Source of the DNA: Planctomycetota bacterium
GTDB taxonomy: Bacteria > Planctomycetota > UBA1135
Length of the DNA: 64,000 nt
Direction of reading: 5' to 3'
Assembly: GCA_045047305.1 (NCBI GenBank)
Contig: JASFYO010000036.1
Location: forward strand, 44,158-108,157
Both the position numbers and the translations under genes were made by a program. Positions 38,757 through 47,936 of this stretch are shown piece after piece. Each line of letters begins with the position of its first letter. Position 1 is the first letter of the stretch. The notes below the pieces were generated by a model. The model was not told where the DNA came from and made no database searches. It saw only the letters and a program-made list of their open reading frames with translations.

Positions 38757-40039
38757 AAGCCTTGATGCTTTCTCTCAGCGCTTTACTGGCGCTGACTTGT
38801 TTTTCTTCGCCACTGCATGCGCAACGGAAAAAGAAAGATGTTTGCACTGTGTGTCAGTTCAATGAAGAGGTGATGTCTGCAGCAGGGATCATCAATCACG
38901 GGCCATTCCAATTCTTTAAATCCGATTCGAAAGACATCGAACAATTGGTTGGAGCCAACAACATGGTTTGGCTGGAAACTACCCACTTCCGTTTTGGATC
39001 CGACCTCAAACCATGGAAAATCCCGGTTAAGGACAGGAAGGCCTACCGCGCAGAACTGACTGAACTCAAGCAACTTTTTCCTGCTGTCGATCCCAAAAAG
39101 ACCAAAACTCTGGATCGTTGGATGCGCATACACCTGATGGCCTTCCGCATGGAAAAGGCTTATCAGTATTTGCTAAAGCTAACCGGCTATTCGGAAGAAC
39201 AGTTCCTTTACTTACCCAGCGAAAAAGAGTTCATTGACGCTGAAGCTAGTGGTGCATGGAAGGATGAGCTCGAAAAAATTTACTTCACGCACCAAGACCG
39301 TGCGCCGGGGATGCCACTGTGGGTTGGCCTTGGGCAGTACATGGGCATGCCCATGAAATTTGAGTTCTTGATGATGCGCTACGAAGAGGATTTTGGACTC
39401 ATCAAACGACACTACATCGGGCACCTGGATTCCAATCCGCAGCGCTGGCATGTGACATGGCGTCCACCAGACACGGAGCCAGTTTCACGCGCTCTTTGGT
39501 TTGGAATCTCCACGGAAGCGGAGGGCATCAAGCACGACCAACACCTGCATAATGCTTTACTGCATAACTTCGCCATTAACATGTTGGATGGCTTCATGCT
39601 ATACCTGGTTGAGGCGCCAGTATGGCTCCGCGTGGGCTTGGGGCATTACATGTCGAAGCGCAACTCCGACGATTACAACTTTTACGACATGGACGAGGGT
39701 TCGGCCAAGTTGCAAAAAGACGCTTCCAAGTGGGAGCCTTTGGTGCGCAAATATGCCGTGAAAGGTGACGCCCCTGGGTATGCAGACCTTAGTCGCTATC
39801 GTAGCTTTGGCGATCTCGGATTTGAAGCCCACCTCACTTCATGGTCGAAGGTCGTGTTCCTCATACAAAAAAATCCCGAGAAATTCGGTCAATGGCTCAC
39901 CGCCTTAAAAACCGCCGAAGACCTCACGAATAACCTCGCCACCCAACGCAAGATCATGAAGTCAGTTTGGGGTTGGTCTTTCGCCCAAGCGGATAAAGAG
40001 TGGAAGGCGTGGGTGTTAGAGACCTACAGCCTGAAGTGA
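38753..40039 (+). CDS. Exported hypothetical protein, degenerate gluzincin/DUF1570-like
   Basis: Signal peptide, CTVC, WLETTHFR, LLHNFAINML...APVWLRVGLGHY. Confidence 0.5.
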   Translation: MKALMLSLSALLALTCFSSPLHAQRKKKDVCTVCQFNEEVMSAAGIINHGPFQFFKSDSKDIEQLVGANNMVWLETTHFRFGSDLKPWKIPVKDRKAYRAELTELKQLFPAVDPKKTKTLDRWMRIHLMAFRMEKAYQYLLKLTGYSEEQFLYLPSEKEFIDAEASGAWKDELEKIYFTHQDRAPGMPLWVGLGQYMGMPMKFEFLMMRYEEDFGLIKRHYIGHLDSNPQRWHVTWRPPDTEPVSRALWFGISTEAEGIKHDQHLHNALLHNFAINMLDGFMLYLVEAPVWLRVGLGHYMSKRNSDDYNFYDMDEGSAKLQKDASKWEPLVRKYAVKGDAPGYADLSRYRSFGDLGFEAHLTSWSKVVFLIQKNPEKFGQWLTALKTAEDLTNNLATQRKIMKSVWGWSFAQADKEWKAWVLETYSLK

Positions 40040-40737
40040 ACCCAAATCCTGAACACGAACCGTTTGCGCTTGAACCCCTGCAAGGGCGCGGCGAAGTTGT
40101 GTTCTTGATTCTTGCGTCCCTATTCACGGGATCCCTGGTCGTCACCAATCTGATCGCAAATAAATTCATTCATGTGAATTGGCTGGGTCACGACTTTATT
40201 TTGTCGGCAGGCGTACTGCCTTATCCACTTACATTTCTAATCACCGATTTACTTTCGGAAATTTACGGACGACGGCGTGCAAACTTAGTCGTGTTCGGCG
40301 GATTCCTTGCCTCTATTCTGGTCCTAATCACGTTATATCTCGGAGATCTATTCCCTGCGATTGAAGACTCCACCGTCAATGATGGTATTTACTCGCTCGT
40401 TTTTGGTAACAGTTGGCGCATCATTGGTGCATCCATGACCGCCTATCTGGTGGCCCAATTTGTCGACATCCGCATTTTTCACTTCTGGAAACGTCTCACC
40501 AAAGGCAAGCACTTATGGTTGCGGAATAATGCAAGCACCTTGTTGTCGCAGTTGCTCGATTCCGCCTTAGTGGTTTTCGTATTGTTCCTAGGCACCTGGC
40601 CAGCATCGCAGATGGGGTGGGTGATACTAGACTTATGGATGTTCAAAGCATCAATCGCCTTGCTCGATACTCCACTATTCTATCTTGGTGCTAGTTATCT
40701 CCCACGCTGGATGCGTGGTGGGCAAATCACCGCCTGA
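40036..40737 (+). CDS. Queuosine precursor transporter (YhhQ/Vut_1)
   Basis: NLIANK, YPLTFLITDLLSEIYG, ASMTAYLVAQFVDI, LWLRNNASTLLSQLLDS. Confidence 0.92.
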   Translation: MNPNPEHEPFALEPLQGRGEVVFLILASLFTGSLVVTNLIANKFIHVNWLGHDFILSAGVLPYPLTFLITDLLSEIYGRRRANLVVFGGFLASILVLITLYLGDLFPAIEDSTVNDGIYSLVFGNSWRIIGASMTAYLVAQFVDIRIFHFWKRLTKGKHLWLRNNASTLLSQLLDSALVVFVLFLGTWPASQMGWVILDLWMFKASIALLDTPLFYLGASYLPRWMRGGQITA

Positions 40738-40782
40738 ACCTAGCGGACTTGACGTCGGCCGTGATTTCGGGAACACTCGTGC

Positions 40783-41619
40783 ATGGCATTACCCCGCGAG
40801 TTTGTGGTTTTCGACACCGAGACTACTGGTATGCCACCAGGTGCGCGCCTGCTCGAGATTGGCGCCCTGAAGGTGCGCGGGCAACACGTGGTCGATCGTT
40901 TTGAGACCTTGCTCTACCCGGAATGCCCGATCCCCCCGGCTGTAATTCGTATTCACGGGATTCATGACCGCGATGTCCAGGATTCTCCAACCGCCGATGC
41001 CGTCCTACCTGCCTTCCTTAAGTGGATTGGTAAAGCACCTCTGGTCGGCCATAACGTACGTTTCGATGCCACGATTCTCGCTGCAGAAGCGCAACGTTAT
41101 GGCATTCCCCTACCTGAGAATGCCACTCTTTGCACGTTAAAAGCATCCCGCCGGCTGCTGAAACGCCGTTCTCACGCTCTACAATCCTTGGTTGAGGAGC
41201 TCGGTTTGCCCGCAGCTGCCCACCACCGCGCCCTCGCCGATGCAGAGCACACCCTCAATCTCATGTTCAAGATGGAGATGATGTTCGGCAAGGAATTCCG
41301 CACCTCCTCGATGGCAACGGGGGTCAACCTTCAGCAACATGTCATCGAGCCGCCGCTAGCAACGGAACAGACCGATATCCTTCAACAGGCGATAGAACAG
41401 GGCATTCCGGTGCAAATCACTTATCGCTTGCGCAGTGGAAATGTATTTAAAACCTTGGTTTCGCCGCGCATGCTTTACCGGTCTAGTCGCCAGGGCTGGA
41501 TGGAAGCCTTATGTCACGATGCTGGGTTCTACAAAAGTTATCGCCTCGACCGCATCCTCTGTGCCGAGGCCGAGCCGGATGCTCCCCCTGCCTCTGCACG
41601 ACGCATCCAGGCTATCTAA
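40783..41619 (+). CDS. DEDDh (DnaQ-like) 3'-5' exonuclease fused to a C-terminal WYL domain
   Basis: Exo I FDTETTG, Exo II GHNVRFD, Exo III HRALADA; C-terminus AIEQGIPVQITY...VSP...MEALCH...KSYRLDRI. Confidence 0.85.
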   Translation: MALPREFVVFDTETTGMPPGARLLEIGALKVRGQHVVDRFETLLYPECPIPPAVIRIHGIHDRDVQDSPTADAVLPAFLKWIGKAPLVGHNVRFDATILAAEAQRYGIPLPENATLCTLKASRRLLKRRSHALQSLVEELGLPAAAHHRALADAEHTLNLMFKMEMMFGKEFRTSSMATGVNLQQHVIEPPLATEQTDILQQAIEQGIPVQITYRLRSGNVFKTLVSPRMLYRSSRQGWMEALCHDAGFYKSYRLDRILCAEAEPDAPPASARRIQAI

Positions 41620-41756
41620 GGAATTCAGAGTTTCCTTAATCTCGTTTTTCGGTTAGAATAAAAAACCTAGCTACCCTCCATTGCCTTGGGTATCTGCCGC
41701 TCATATTGCGGAATCTTATAAAGGCATTTGCTTCCCCCAGCATTACCTCCTAGAAA

Positions 41757-42518
41757 ATGACCGAAACTCCAACCATCAGTGACGACAGCGATGTCGTCTC
41801 TGCCGGCGATGGAAATGCAGATCTCCCTGCACCATCTCCCTCCCATCCCATGCATGATTCCACTCTGGTTTTAGACACCAGTGAGGAAATTGCCGAGTAC
41901 GAACGTGAAGATCTTGAAGATCGTTACCTCGACTTAAAAGATGAGGTGTGGCGCTTGCGCCGGCAGCTTAACCTCGACCCAACCACCGGTAAGATTCCAA
42001 ACAACGGTGGCTACGCATCTCCTGGCGGCTTCCTTAAGCGTCAGCGTGTTGCAGTCTTTGTCGACGTACAAAACATGTACCACTCGGCGAAAAAGACTTA
42101 CGGTCGCAACCTTTCCTACTCCCGCATGCTTCGTGCTTGCGTGCGCAATCGTCGCCTAGTTCGTTCTATGGCTTACGTGATTGAGCGCGAAGGCATCGAT
42201 CAAGTCAGCTTCACCGATCACTTGCGTTACTGTGGATTCGAAGTCCGCCGTCGCGAAGTTATCGAGCGCATGGATGGATCGCGCAAAGCTGAGTGGGAAA
42301 TCGGCATGGCCATGGACATGTTGCGTATTGCCGATAAGGTGGACAGCATCATCGTGGTTTCCGGTAATGGCGTTTTCGCAGATGTCGCACCTTTAATTCG
42401 TGCCAAGGGCACCAAGTTCGAGTGTTGCGCATTCCGCGAAAGCATGAGTGATGTTCTCATCAAGGCAGTGGACCAGTACCACCTCTTGAGCGAAGATCAT
42501 CTCTACCAAAACGACTAG
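41757..42518 (+). CDS. NYN (LabA/DUF88) domain protein with an acidic/coiled-coil N-terminus and a degenerate active site
   Basis: RVAVFVDVQNMY, KAEWEIGMAMD, VVSGNGVF. Confidence 0.85.
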   Translation: MTETPTISDDSDVVSAGDGNADLPAPSPSHPMHDSTLVLDTSEEIAEYEREDLEDRYLDLKDEVWRLRRQLNLDPTTGKIPNNGGYASPGGFLKRQRVAVFVDVQNMYHSAKKTYGRNLSYSRMLRACVRNRRLVRSMAYVIEREGIDQVSFTDHLRYCGFEVRRREVIERMDGSRKAEWEIGMAMDMLRIADKVDSIIVVSGNGVFADVAPLIRAKGTKFECCAFRESMSDVLIKAVDQYHLLSEDHLYQND

Positions 42519-42553
42519 TTCTCCACCTGGAGAATCAAGGGTCTGGCTGTTGA

Positions 42554-44116
42554 TCAGCTAGGCCCTTTTTTCTTACCCCAGCCGCCGCCGCCAGGAGTCT
42601 GAATACGCACCCGTGCTCCAGACTCAAGCGTGACCGGAGCACCTGATTGCAGCCTAGAAAATGGCTTGCCGTTTTGCGCCACCTGATCGAGAGCAGACTT
42701 ACCTTCTCCACCTTGATGAGCACCCGACGGACAACTATGCCTACGACTTGCAGCCACAGATAAACGTACGGGCTGAAGGAAAGTGATGGCTTTGATCATG
42801 CCGTCACCGCCTCTATGGTTACCGTCACCGCCGCTCCCCTTGCGCAAACTGAGTTCCTCGACGCGCAACGGCAGTTCCGATTCCAATACTTCCACCGGAG
42901 TATTCCGCGTATTAGTCATGTGCGATTGCACCGCCGAAGCGCCTGCTCCATTGGGGCCAGCACCTGCTCCACCGGCCAAAGTTTCATAATGCACGAAAGG
43001 GGTGCCATCGGCGCGATGCCCACCAAACAGGAGATTGTTCATGGTGCCTTGGCTGGCGGCAGGAAAACGTCCGGGGAACAGTTTGCCAAGTGCTTGCAAG
43101 AGCAAATCGACTAAGCGCTGCGAAGTTTCTACATTGCCCAAAGCCACACCGGCTGGAGAAGCACTGTCGACCAAACTCGCGCTCGGCAGTTGGATATCTA
43201 CCGCCTCAAGCGTACCCGATGTCTCCGGCAACCCACCTTCGCCGAGTGCCTGCAAGACATAGAACACCGCCGACGTAGTAACCGCCCGATGTGTGTTCCA
43301 CGAGCCTGGTATTTGCGCGGAAGAACCAGTGAAATCCAAGCATAGCCTTCCATGACTGGCTTGGAGCTTGAGTTGAATATGCGCAGTGCCGGGGCCGTCG
43401 AGGGTGTCCTTCACCACCACACTTCGTTGCGGCCAATCACTCAAAAGTTTGCTGGCAAAACGTGCACCATAATCAAAAAGTTCGGCCATTGAGGTGGTGA
43501 TTTGGGTGGGTCCATAACGCGCAAGCAGGTCATCGAAACGCTCTGCACCGCGGTGCAAGGCTGCACATTGCGCGAGCAAATCACCTTTGGCGGCATACGG
43601 ATCACGCACATTGGCTTGGAAAATCTGCCAGACCGCCGGAACATCTCGGCCGGCGCGACGGAGGTAAACCGGAGGAATGCGCAAGCCTTCACCGAATAAA
43701 TCGTGAGCACCACTCATCGAACCTGGCTCTGCACCACCAATGTCGGCATGATGTGCACGATTGAGGAGAAAGCCGATGCGCTTGCCTAGGTGAAAGAGTG
43801 GGGCCACTACGGTGACGTCGTTGAGGTGCGTGCCGCCACGATGTGGATCATTCAGCACGATGACGTCGCCCGCTTGAGGATCCATCTCCTCCAATAATGC
43901 CGGAACCGTATGGTGGGCACTGCCGAGATGCACGGGAATGAAAGCAGCATGTGCGACCAGCCTTCCGGCAGCATCGAGCAATGCACAGGAGTAATCCAAG
44001 CGTTCCTTAATGTTGGGTGACACCGCACTTTGCTGTAGTGCAAACCCCATTTCATCGGTGACGCTAGCGAACAGATGCCGGAAAACATGAAGCGCGGTTT
44101 GAGTTTGCTGCTTCAT
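42554..44116 (-). CDS. Hydantoinase B / 5-oxoprolinase subunit
   Basis: [73 protein letters not shown]. Confidence 0.92.
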   Translation of the reverse strand: MKQQTQTALHVFRHLFASVTDEMGFALQQSAVSPNIKERLDYSCALLDAAGRLVAHAAFIPVHLGSAHHTVPALLEEMDPQAGDVIVLNDPHRGGTHLNDVTVVAPLFHLGKRIGFLLNRAHHADIGGAEPGSMSGAHDLFGEGLRIPPVYLRRAGRDVPAVWQIFQANVRDPYAAKGDLLAQCAALHRGAERFDDLLARYGPTQITTSMAELFDYGARFASKLLSDWPQRSVVVKDTLDGPGTAHIQLKLQASHGRLCLDFTGSSAQIPGSWNTHRAVTTSAVFYVLQALGEGGLPETSGTLEAVDIQLPSASLVDSASPAGVALGNVETSQRLVDLLLQALGKLFPGRFPAASQGTMNNLLFGGHRADGTPFVHYETLAGGAGAGPNGAGASAVQSHMTNTRNTPVEVLESELPLRVEELSLRKGSGGDGNHRGGDGMIKAITFLQPVRLSVAASRRHSCPSGAHQGGEGKSALDQVAQNGKPFSRLQSGAPVTLESGARVRIQTPGGGGWGKKKGPS

Positions 44117-46098
44117 ACTTTGGGCTCCAAGAGGAGGCAGTTCCAGCAATCTAAGGTGGCGCTCCACTGTGGCGGCACCACCGTGGTAGCGGAATACTCG
44201 GTGATGATGGCAGGCCCCATCACCGTGGCGCCCGGGCGCAACTCCTCCCGTGCAAAGAACTCCGCTTTTCGCTTCGCGCCGATGGTTCCGAACCATGTAA
44301 TTCCCTTGCCGCAAGGTTTCGCTGCGTGTTTCCGCGTTTTTTGCCGACTCCAGGGAGTAAATTCTTTGCCGTCGACCTGCACCGAAATCGCATGCAGCTC
44401 CACTGGGCGGTCCGAACGCGAAAAGCCAAAACGCTTTTGGTGAAGCGCGTGAAAGCGCTGCAACAACTGTGGTCCATCCTCAAGCGATAACACGCCGGCC
44501 TGCCCCTCCCCGCGCAACTCCACCACACAACTGACGCTCAAACTCCGCGTCGAACATCCTTCATCACGCAATTCCTGCTTCAGTTGTTTCACCCAAGGCG
44601 CAAATAACTTCTTGCGCACGGATGCACTTGGCAAAGTCTGCAAAACAGAGCGGCTCATGCGACGTCGTGGTGATGCACCAAGTAATCCGAGTGCGGAGAA
44701 TGCACCGGCAAGTGGTGGCACCACCACGCCGCGCATGCCCAAGCGCTCGGCCAACCATGCTGCATGCAATCCCCCCGCACCACCGAAGGAGTAAAGCATG
44801 GCGTCGCGCGGATCCCGACCTTCTGCAAGCGAAACCCGGCGCAAAGCCCGCTCCATGTCTGCACTTGCGATTTGGAGGATCTGCTGCGCCGCGGTTTCTA
44901 GACTGAGCCCTGCATGCTTGGCCAGAGATTGCATCGCGGATAGAGATGCTTTGGTTTGCAATGCAAAGCTGCCGCCGAGGAAGGCATCGGGGAGGAGACG
45001 ACCGCAGAGGAGATGAGCATCGGTGACGGTAGCCTGAGTGCCTCCGCGTGCATAACAAGCAGGCCCTGGAACCGCGCCGGCCGAAGCGGGACCAACCCGC
45101 AACAAACCACCAGGATCCACCGAGGCCAAACTCCCGCCTCCCGTGCCAACGGAATGGATGGGCAATCCTCGTGCGAGTAAAGGCAGGCGCCCGACGGAGA
45201 TGGGACGGTTTTCAGGGAGCGCAGTATCTAACCATGCAACGTCGGTGGAGGTGCCCCCCATATCGAACGTCATCAGTTGCGCATCGCCCCGACATTGCGC
45301 CAAAGAAATCGCCGCACTCAAACCACCAGCAGGGCCAGAAAGTGCAAGTGTTACTGGATGCTCTACGGCTGCCTCCACCATGGCGGTGCCTCCATCCGAA
45401 CGCATGATGCGCAGCTGCGATTGCGGATGCTTGAGATTGAGGCCGTCGCGCAGATCCAATAATGCACGCCGTACGACGGGTGCGAGCGAGGCGTCGGCCC
45501 AAGTGGTTGCGGCACGTTCATACTCACGGATTTCAGGTGCAACCTCATGTGACAACATCACTGGCACACCTAACTTCTGCAAGGCGCGCCCAAGCTGCTG
45601 CTCATGTGCAGGTGCGGAAAAGGAATGTAAAAGCGCAACCGCAATCGCTTCCGGCTTCTTCCTGGCGACGGCTTTCACCACGCGGTTGATTTCGGTTCGG
45701 GTCAACGCTTGCACCACCTCGCCACCAGCAGCATGCCGTTCAGCAACTTCCACGATGCGCGAGGTCGGCTGCGCTGGGCGGCTTACACTTGGCTCTAATG
45801 CGTATACGTCGTCGCGATCTTGGCGCCCAATCGCCAACAAATCGCGAAAACCTTGGGTGGTGATAAAAACGACCTTACCCAACTTGCCGGTGAGCAAGGC
45901 ATTGGTCGCATGCGTGGTCCCATGCACCATCTCCACCGCTTCCTGCGATGCCGAGCTTAGCTGATCCACCGCATGCAAAATGGCCCTCGATGGGCGATCT
46001 GCCGTCGTCGGCAATTTCATGACCTCCAAGGTGCCATCCGGCTTACGCCCTATAGCATCAGTGAAGGTACCGCCTGTATCGACGCCGATCCGCAACAC
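44113..46098 (-). CDS. Hydantoinase A / 5-oxoprolinase ATP-binding subunit
   Basis: IGVDTGGTFTD, HGTTHATNALL, LSGPAGG, DMGGTSTDV, GPASAGAVPGPACY, FGGAGGLH. Confidence 0.93.
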   Translation of the reverse strand: MLRIGVDTGGTFTDAIGRKPDGTLEVMKLPTTADRPSRAILHAVDQLSSASQEAVEMVHGTTHATNALLTGKLGKVVFITTQGFRDLLAIGRQDRDDVYALEPSVSRPAQPTSRIVEVAERHAAGGEVVQALTRTEINRVVKAVARKKPEAIAVALLHSFSAPAHEQQLGRALQKLGVPVMLSHEVAPEIREYERAATTWADASLAPVVRRALLDLRDGLNLKHPQSQLRIMRSDGGTAMVEAAVEHPVTLALSGPAGGLSAAISLAQCRGDAQLMTFDMGGTSTDVAWLDTALPENRPISVGRLPLLARGLPIHSVGTGGGSLASVDPGGLLRVGPASAGAVPGPACYARGGTQATVTDAHLLCGRLLPDAFLGGSFALQTKASLSAMQSLAKHAGLSLETAAQQILQIASADMERALRRVSLAEGRDPRDAMLYSFGGAGGLHAAWLAERLGMRGVVVPPLAGAFSALGLLGASPRRRMSRSVLQTLPSASVRKKLFAPWVKQLKQELRDEGCSTRSLSVSCVVELRGEGQAGVLSLEDGPQLLQRFHALHQKRFGFSRSDRPVELHAISVQVDGKEFTPWSRQKTRKHAAKPCGKGITWFGTIGAKRKAEFFAREELRPGATVMGPAIITEYSATTVVPPQWSATLDCWNCLLLEPKV

Positions 46099-46114
46099 GC
46101 TTGTGATTCCTAGA

Positions 46115-47185
46115 TTACTTAAAGGCTACGGCGCAGGCTTCTTTGCGGGCACCTTGCGCATCCGCGATGGCAAAGCTTCCGCCGCTTCGCATAGTGGCAG
46201 AACCATAAAGGCCGTCCTTGCGCACTGCATAGAAGGTTAAGCCAAAGTTCGGACGCCCATCCTTCCACAATGCGGGCTGCCAACGCGCGCCCCGTTTCGC
46301 TTGCTCGCTAACCCGAAGTAAAGCATACATACAGGCTTCCTCGGGAGTGTCTCCGGCGCGCATCCGTTCCACGACTAACCAAGAGCCGCCACTAAGGATG
46401 GCTGCTTCTCCGCGTCCGGTCGCGCCAGCACTGCCGACTTCATTATCGCAGTAAAGTCCACAGCCGATGAGTGGAGAATCGCCAATCCGACCCGGAATCT
46501 TAAAAGCCAATCCACTGGTTGTGGTGCAACATCCAAGATTGCTATCCGGCGCGAGTACCGAGCAATGGATTGTTCCCCAAGGTCGTGGCTCGTCCGCCAA
46601 TGCAGGATCCGCAGCTTCGGTGTCGCCGAGTGGCCACAAGCGATCATCGTCACTGCGCTTGGCTCTCCACTTCAACCAAATTCCGCGCGCACGTTCAGTG
46701 AGTAAATCTTCAGCCTTGAAACCGTAATCCAAAGCAAACTGACGTGCACCGGGTCCCACTAAATTAATGTGATCGGTGTGGTCCATCACGATTTCAGCAA
46801 CTTGAGCTGGGTGCATGATGTCTTCCAGGGAAGCCACGCTGCCAGCATTGTGAGTTGGTCCATCCATGCATGCACTATCCAACTGCACCACGCCAAGTTC
46901 GTTTGGCAGTCCACCGTAACCCACCGATAAATCATTCGGGTCTGCCTCCACAATCGCCACGCCGCGCACCGCAGCCGAAACCGGGCGCATCTTTTCATCC
47001 ACGACCAACTTACGCGCCCGCGCCACGGCTTCCACACCATTGCCGGAACTAATCGCAATGCAATCCACCCTATTGGGCGCATGGAATGCAGGCTGCGATG
47101 CGCCTTGTAGAGTCTGCGGAACAGCACTGGCTGCAAGGCCTGCACCCGTGACCTTCAAAAAGGAGCGGCGGTTGATGTCGGACAT
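46115..47185 (-). CDS. Tat-exported glycosylasparaginase / isoaspartyl peptidase (Ntn hydrolase, asparaginase 2)
   Basis: NRRSFLK Tat motif, SVGYGGLPN, GT autocleavage site (WGTIH), TTTSGLAFKIPGRIGDSP, ATGRGE. Confidence 0.9.
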   Translation of the reverse strand: MSDINRRSFLKVTGAGLAASAVPQTLQGASQPAFHAPNRVDCIAISSGNGVEAVARARKLVVDEKMRPVSAAVRGVAIVEADPNDLSVGYGGLPNELGVVQLDSACMDGPTHNAGSVASLEDIMHPAQVAEIVMDHTDHINLVGPGARQFALDYGFKAEDLLTERARGIWLKWRAKRSDDDRLWPLGDTEAADPALADEPRPWGTIHCSVLAPDSNLGCCTTTSGLAFKIPGRIGDSPLIGCGLYCDNEVGSAGATGRGEAAILSGGSWLVVERMRAGDTPEEACMYALLRVSEQAKRGARWQPALWKDGRPNFGLTFYAVRKDGLYGSATMRSGGSFAIADAQGARKEACAVAFK

Positions 47186-47194
47186 GCTGCCAGA

Positions 47195-47932
47195 CTACTT
47201 GCGCGATGCACGTGGATGACCATACATCCACATCAATCGCTTTGCCGATACTCCCCAACGATACAAAGTGGGGAAGCTCCACCAACACAAAACCGAACGA
47301 ATGGGGCGCTGTTCAAAACGTCGGGCGGAAGTTTTTACGATGTGTGGAATATGAGCTATGCGCCCTAGTTTGGATAAACGCTGAGCAAACTCCAGGTCCT
47401 CCATTAACGGTTGCTGCGGCATTCCACCCACTTTGGCATAGGCTGCGGCAGTAACAAAAACGGCTTGATCTCCGTACGGTATAGATGTCTTGCGTGATCG
47501 CTTATCCGCGATACCAACCAGGCGTCGGACGATGGGGCCGGCGTGATTGCTTAACACGTGTTGCACCGAAAAAGCACCTGCAAAGTTAGATGCCATCACT
47601 GCGCTATGGATTTCTCTGAAAGCCGCGGGCGGCAGGATGCAGTCGGCATGCAGGAAAAGCAGGACATCTCCTTTTGCAAGGCTCGCACCCCGGGCTAACT
47701 GCTGACCACGACCAAGCGGTGATTCTAAAACGGCGTGAACCCCACTTGCCTGAGCAACAGCGACGGTTTGGTCCGCGCTGCCACCATCCACAACCAAAAT
47801 CTCCAACTCCAACTCCGCCTCGGGATTCTCTTGCGTCAACACGGCATGCACGCATGCTGGGAGCGCGACCTCTTCGTTCAGCGTCGGAATGATGACCGAC
47901 AAACGAAAAGGTGAGGCAGGCTCGGGGTTCAC
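47195..47932 (-). CDS. GT2 glycosyltransferase, TIGR04283-type (rSAM/arsenosugar-associated)
   Basis: LSVIIPTLNEE, VVDGGSAD, GRGQQL, LFLHAD, PYGDQA, LMEDLE, TSARRF. Confidence 0.88.
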   Translation of the reverse strand: MNPEPASPFRLSVIIPTLNEEVALPACVHAVLTQENPEAELELEILVVDGGSADQTVAVAQASGVHAVLESPLGRGQQLARGASLAKGDVLLFLHADCILPPAAFREIHSAVMASNFAGAFSVQHVLSNHAGPIVRRLVGIADKRSRKTSIPYGDQAVFVTAAAYAKVGGMPQQPLMEDLEFAQRLSKLGRIAHIPHIVKTSARRFEQRPIRSVLCWWSFPTLYRWGVSAKRLMWMYGHPRASRK

Positions 47933-47936
47933 TGGT

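Noticed and set aside
42554..47185. Asparaginase and hydantoinase genes as part of the arsenosugar pathway
   Set aside because: They are co-directional and close, but these families have no known link to the pathway, and a separate -10-like box precedes the asparaginase start. Not excluded without synteny data.
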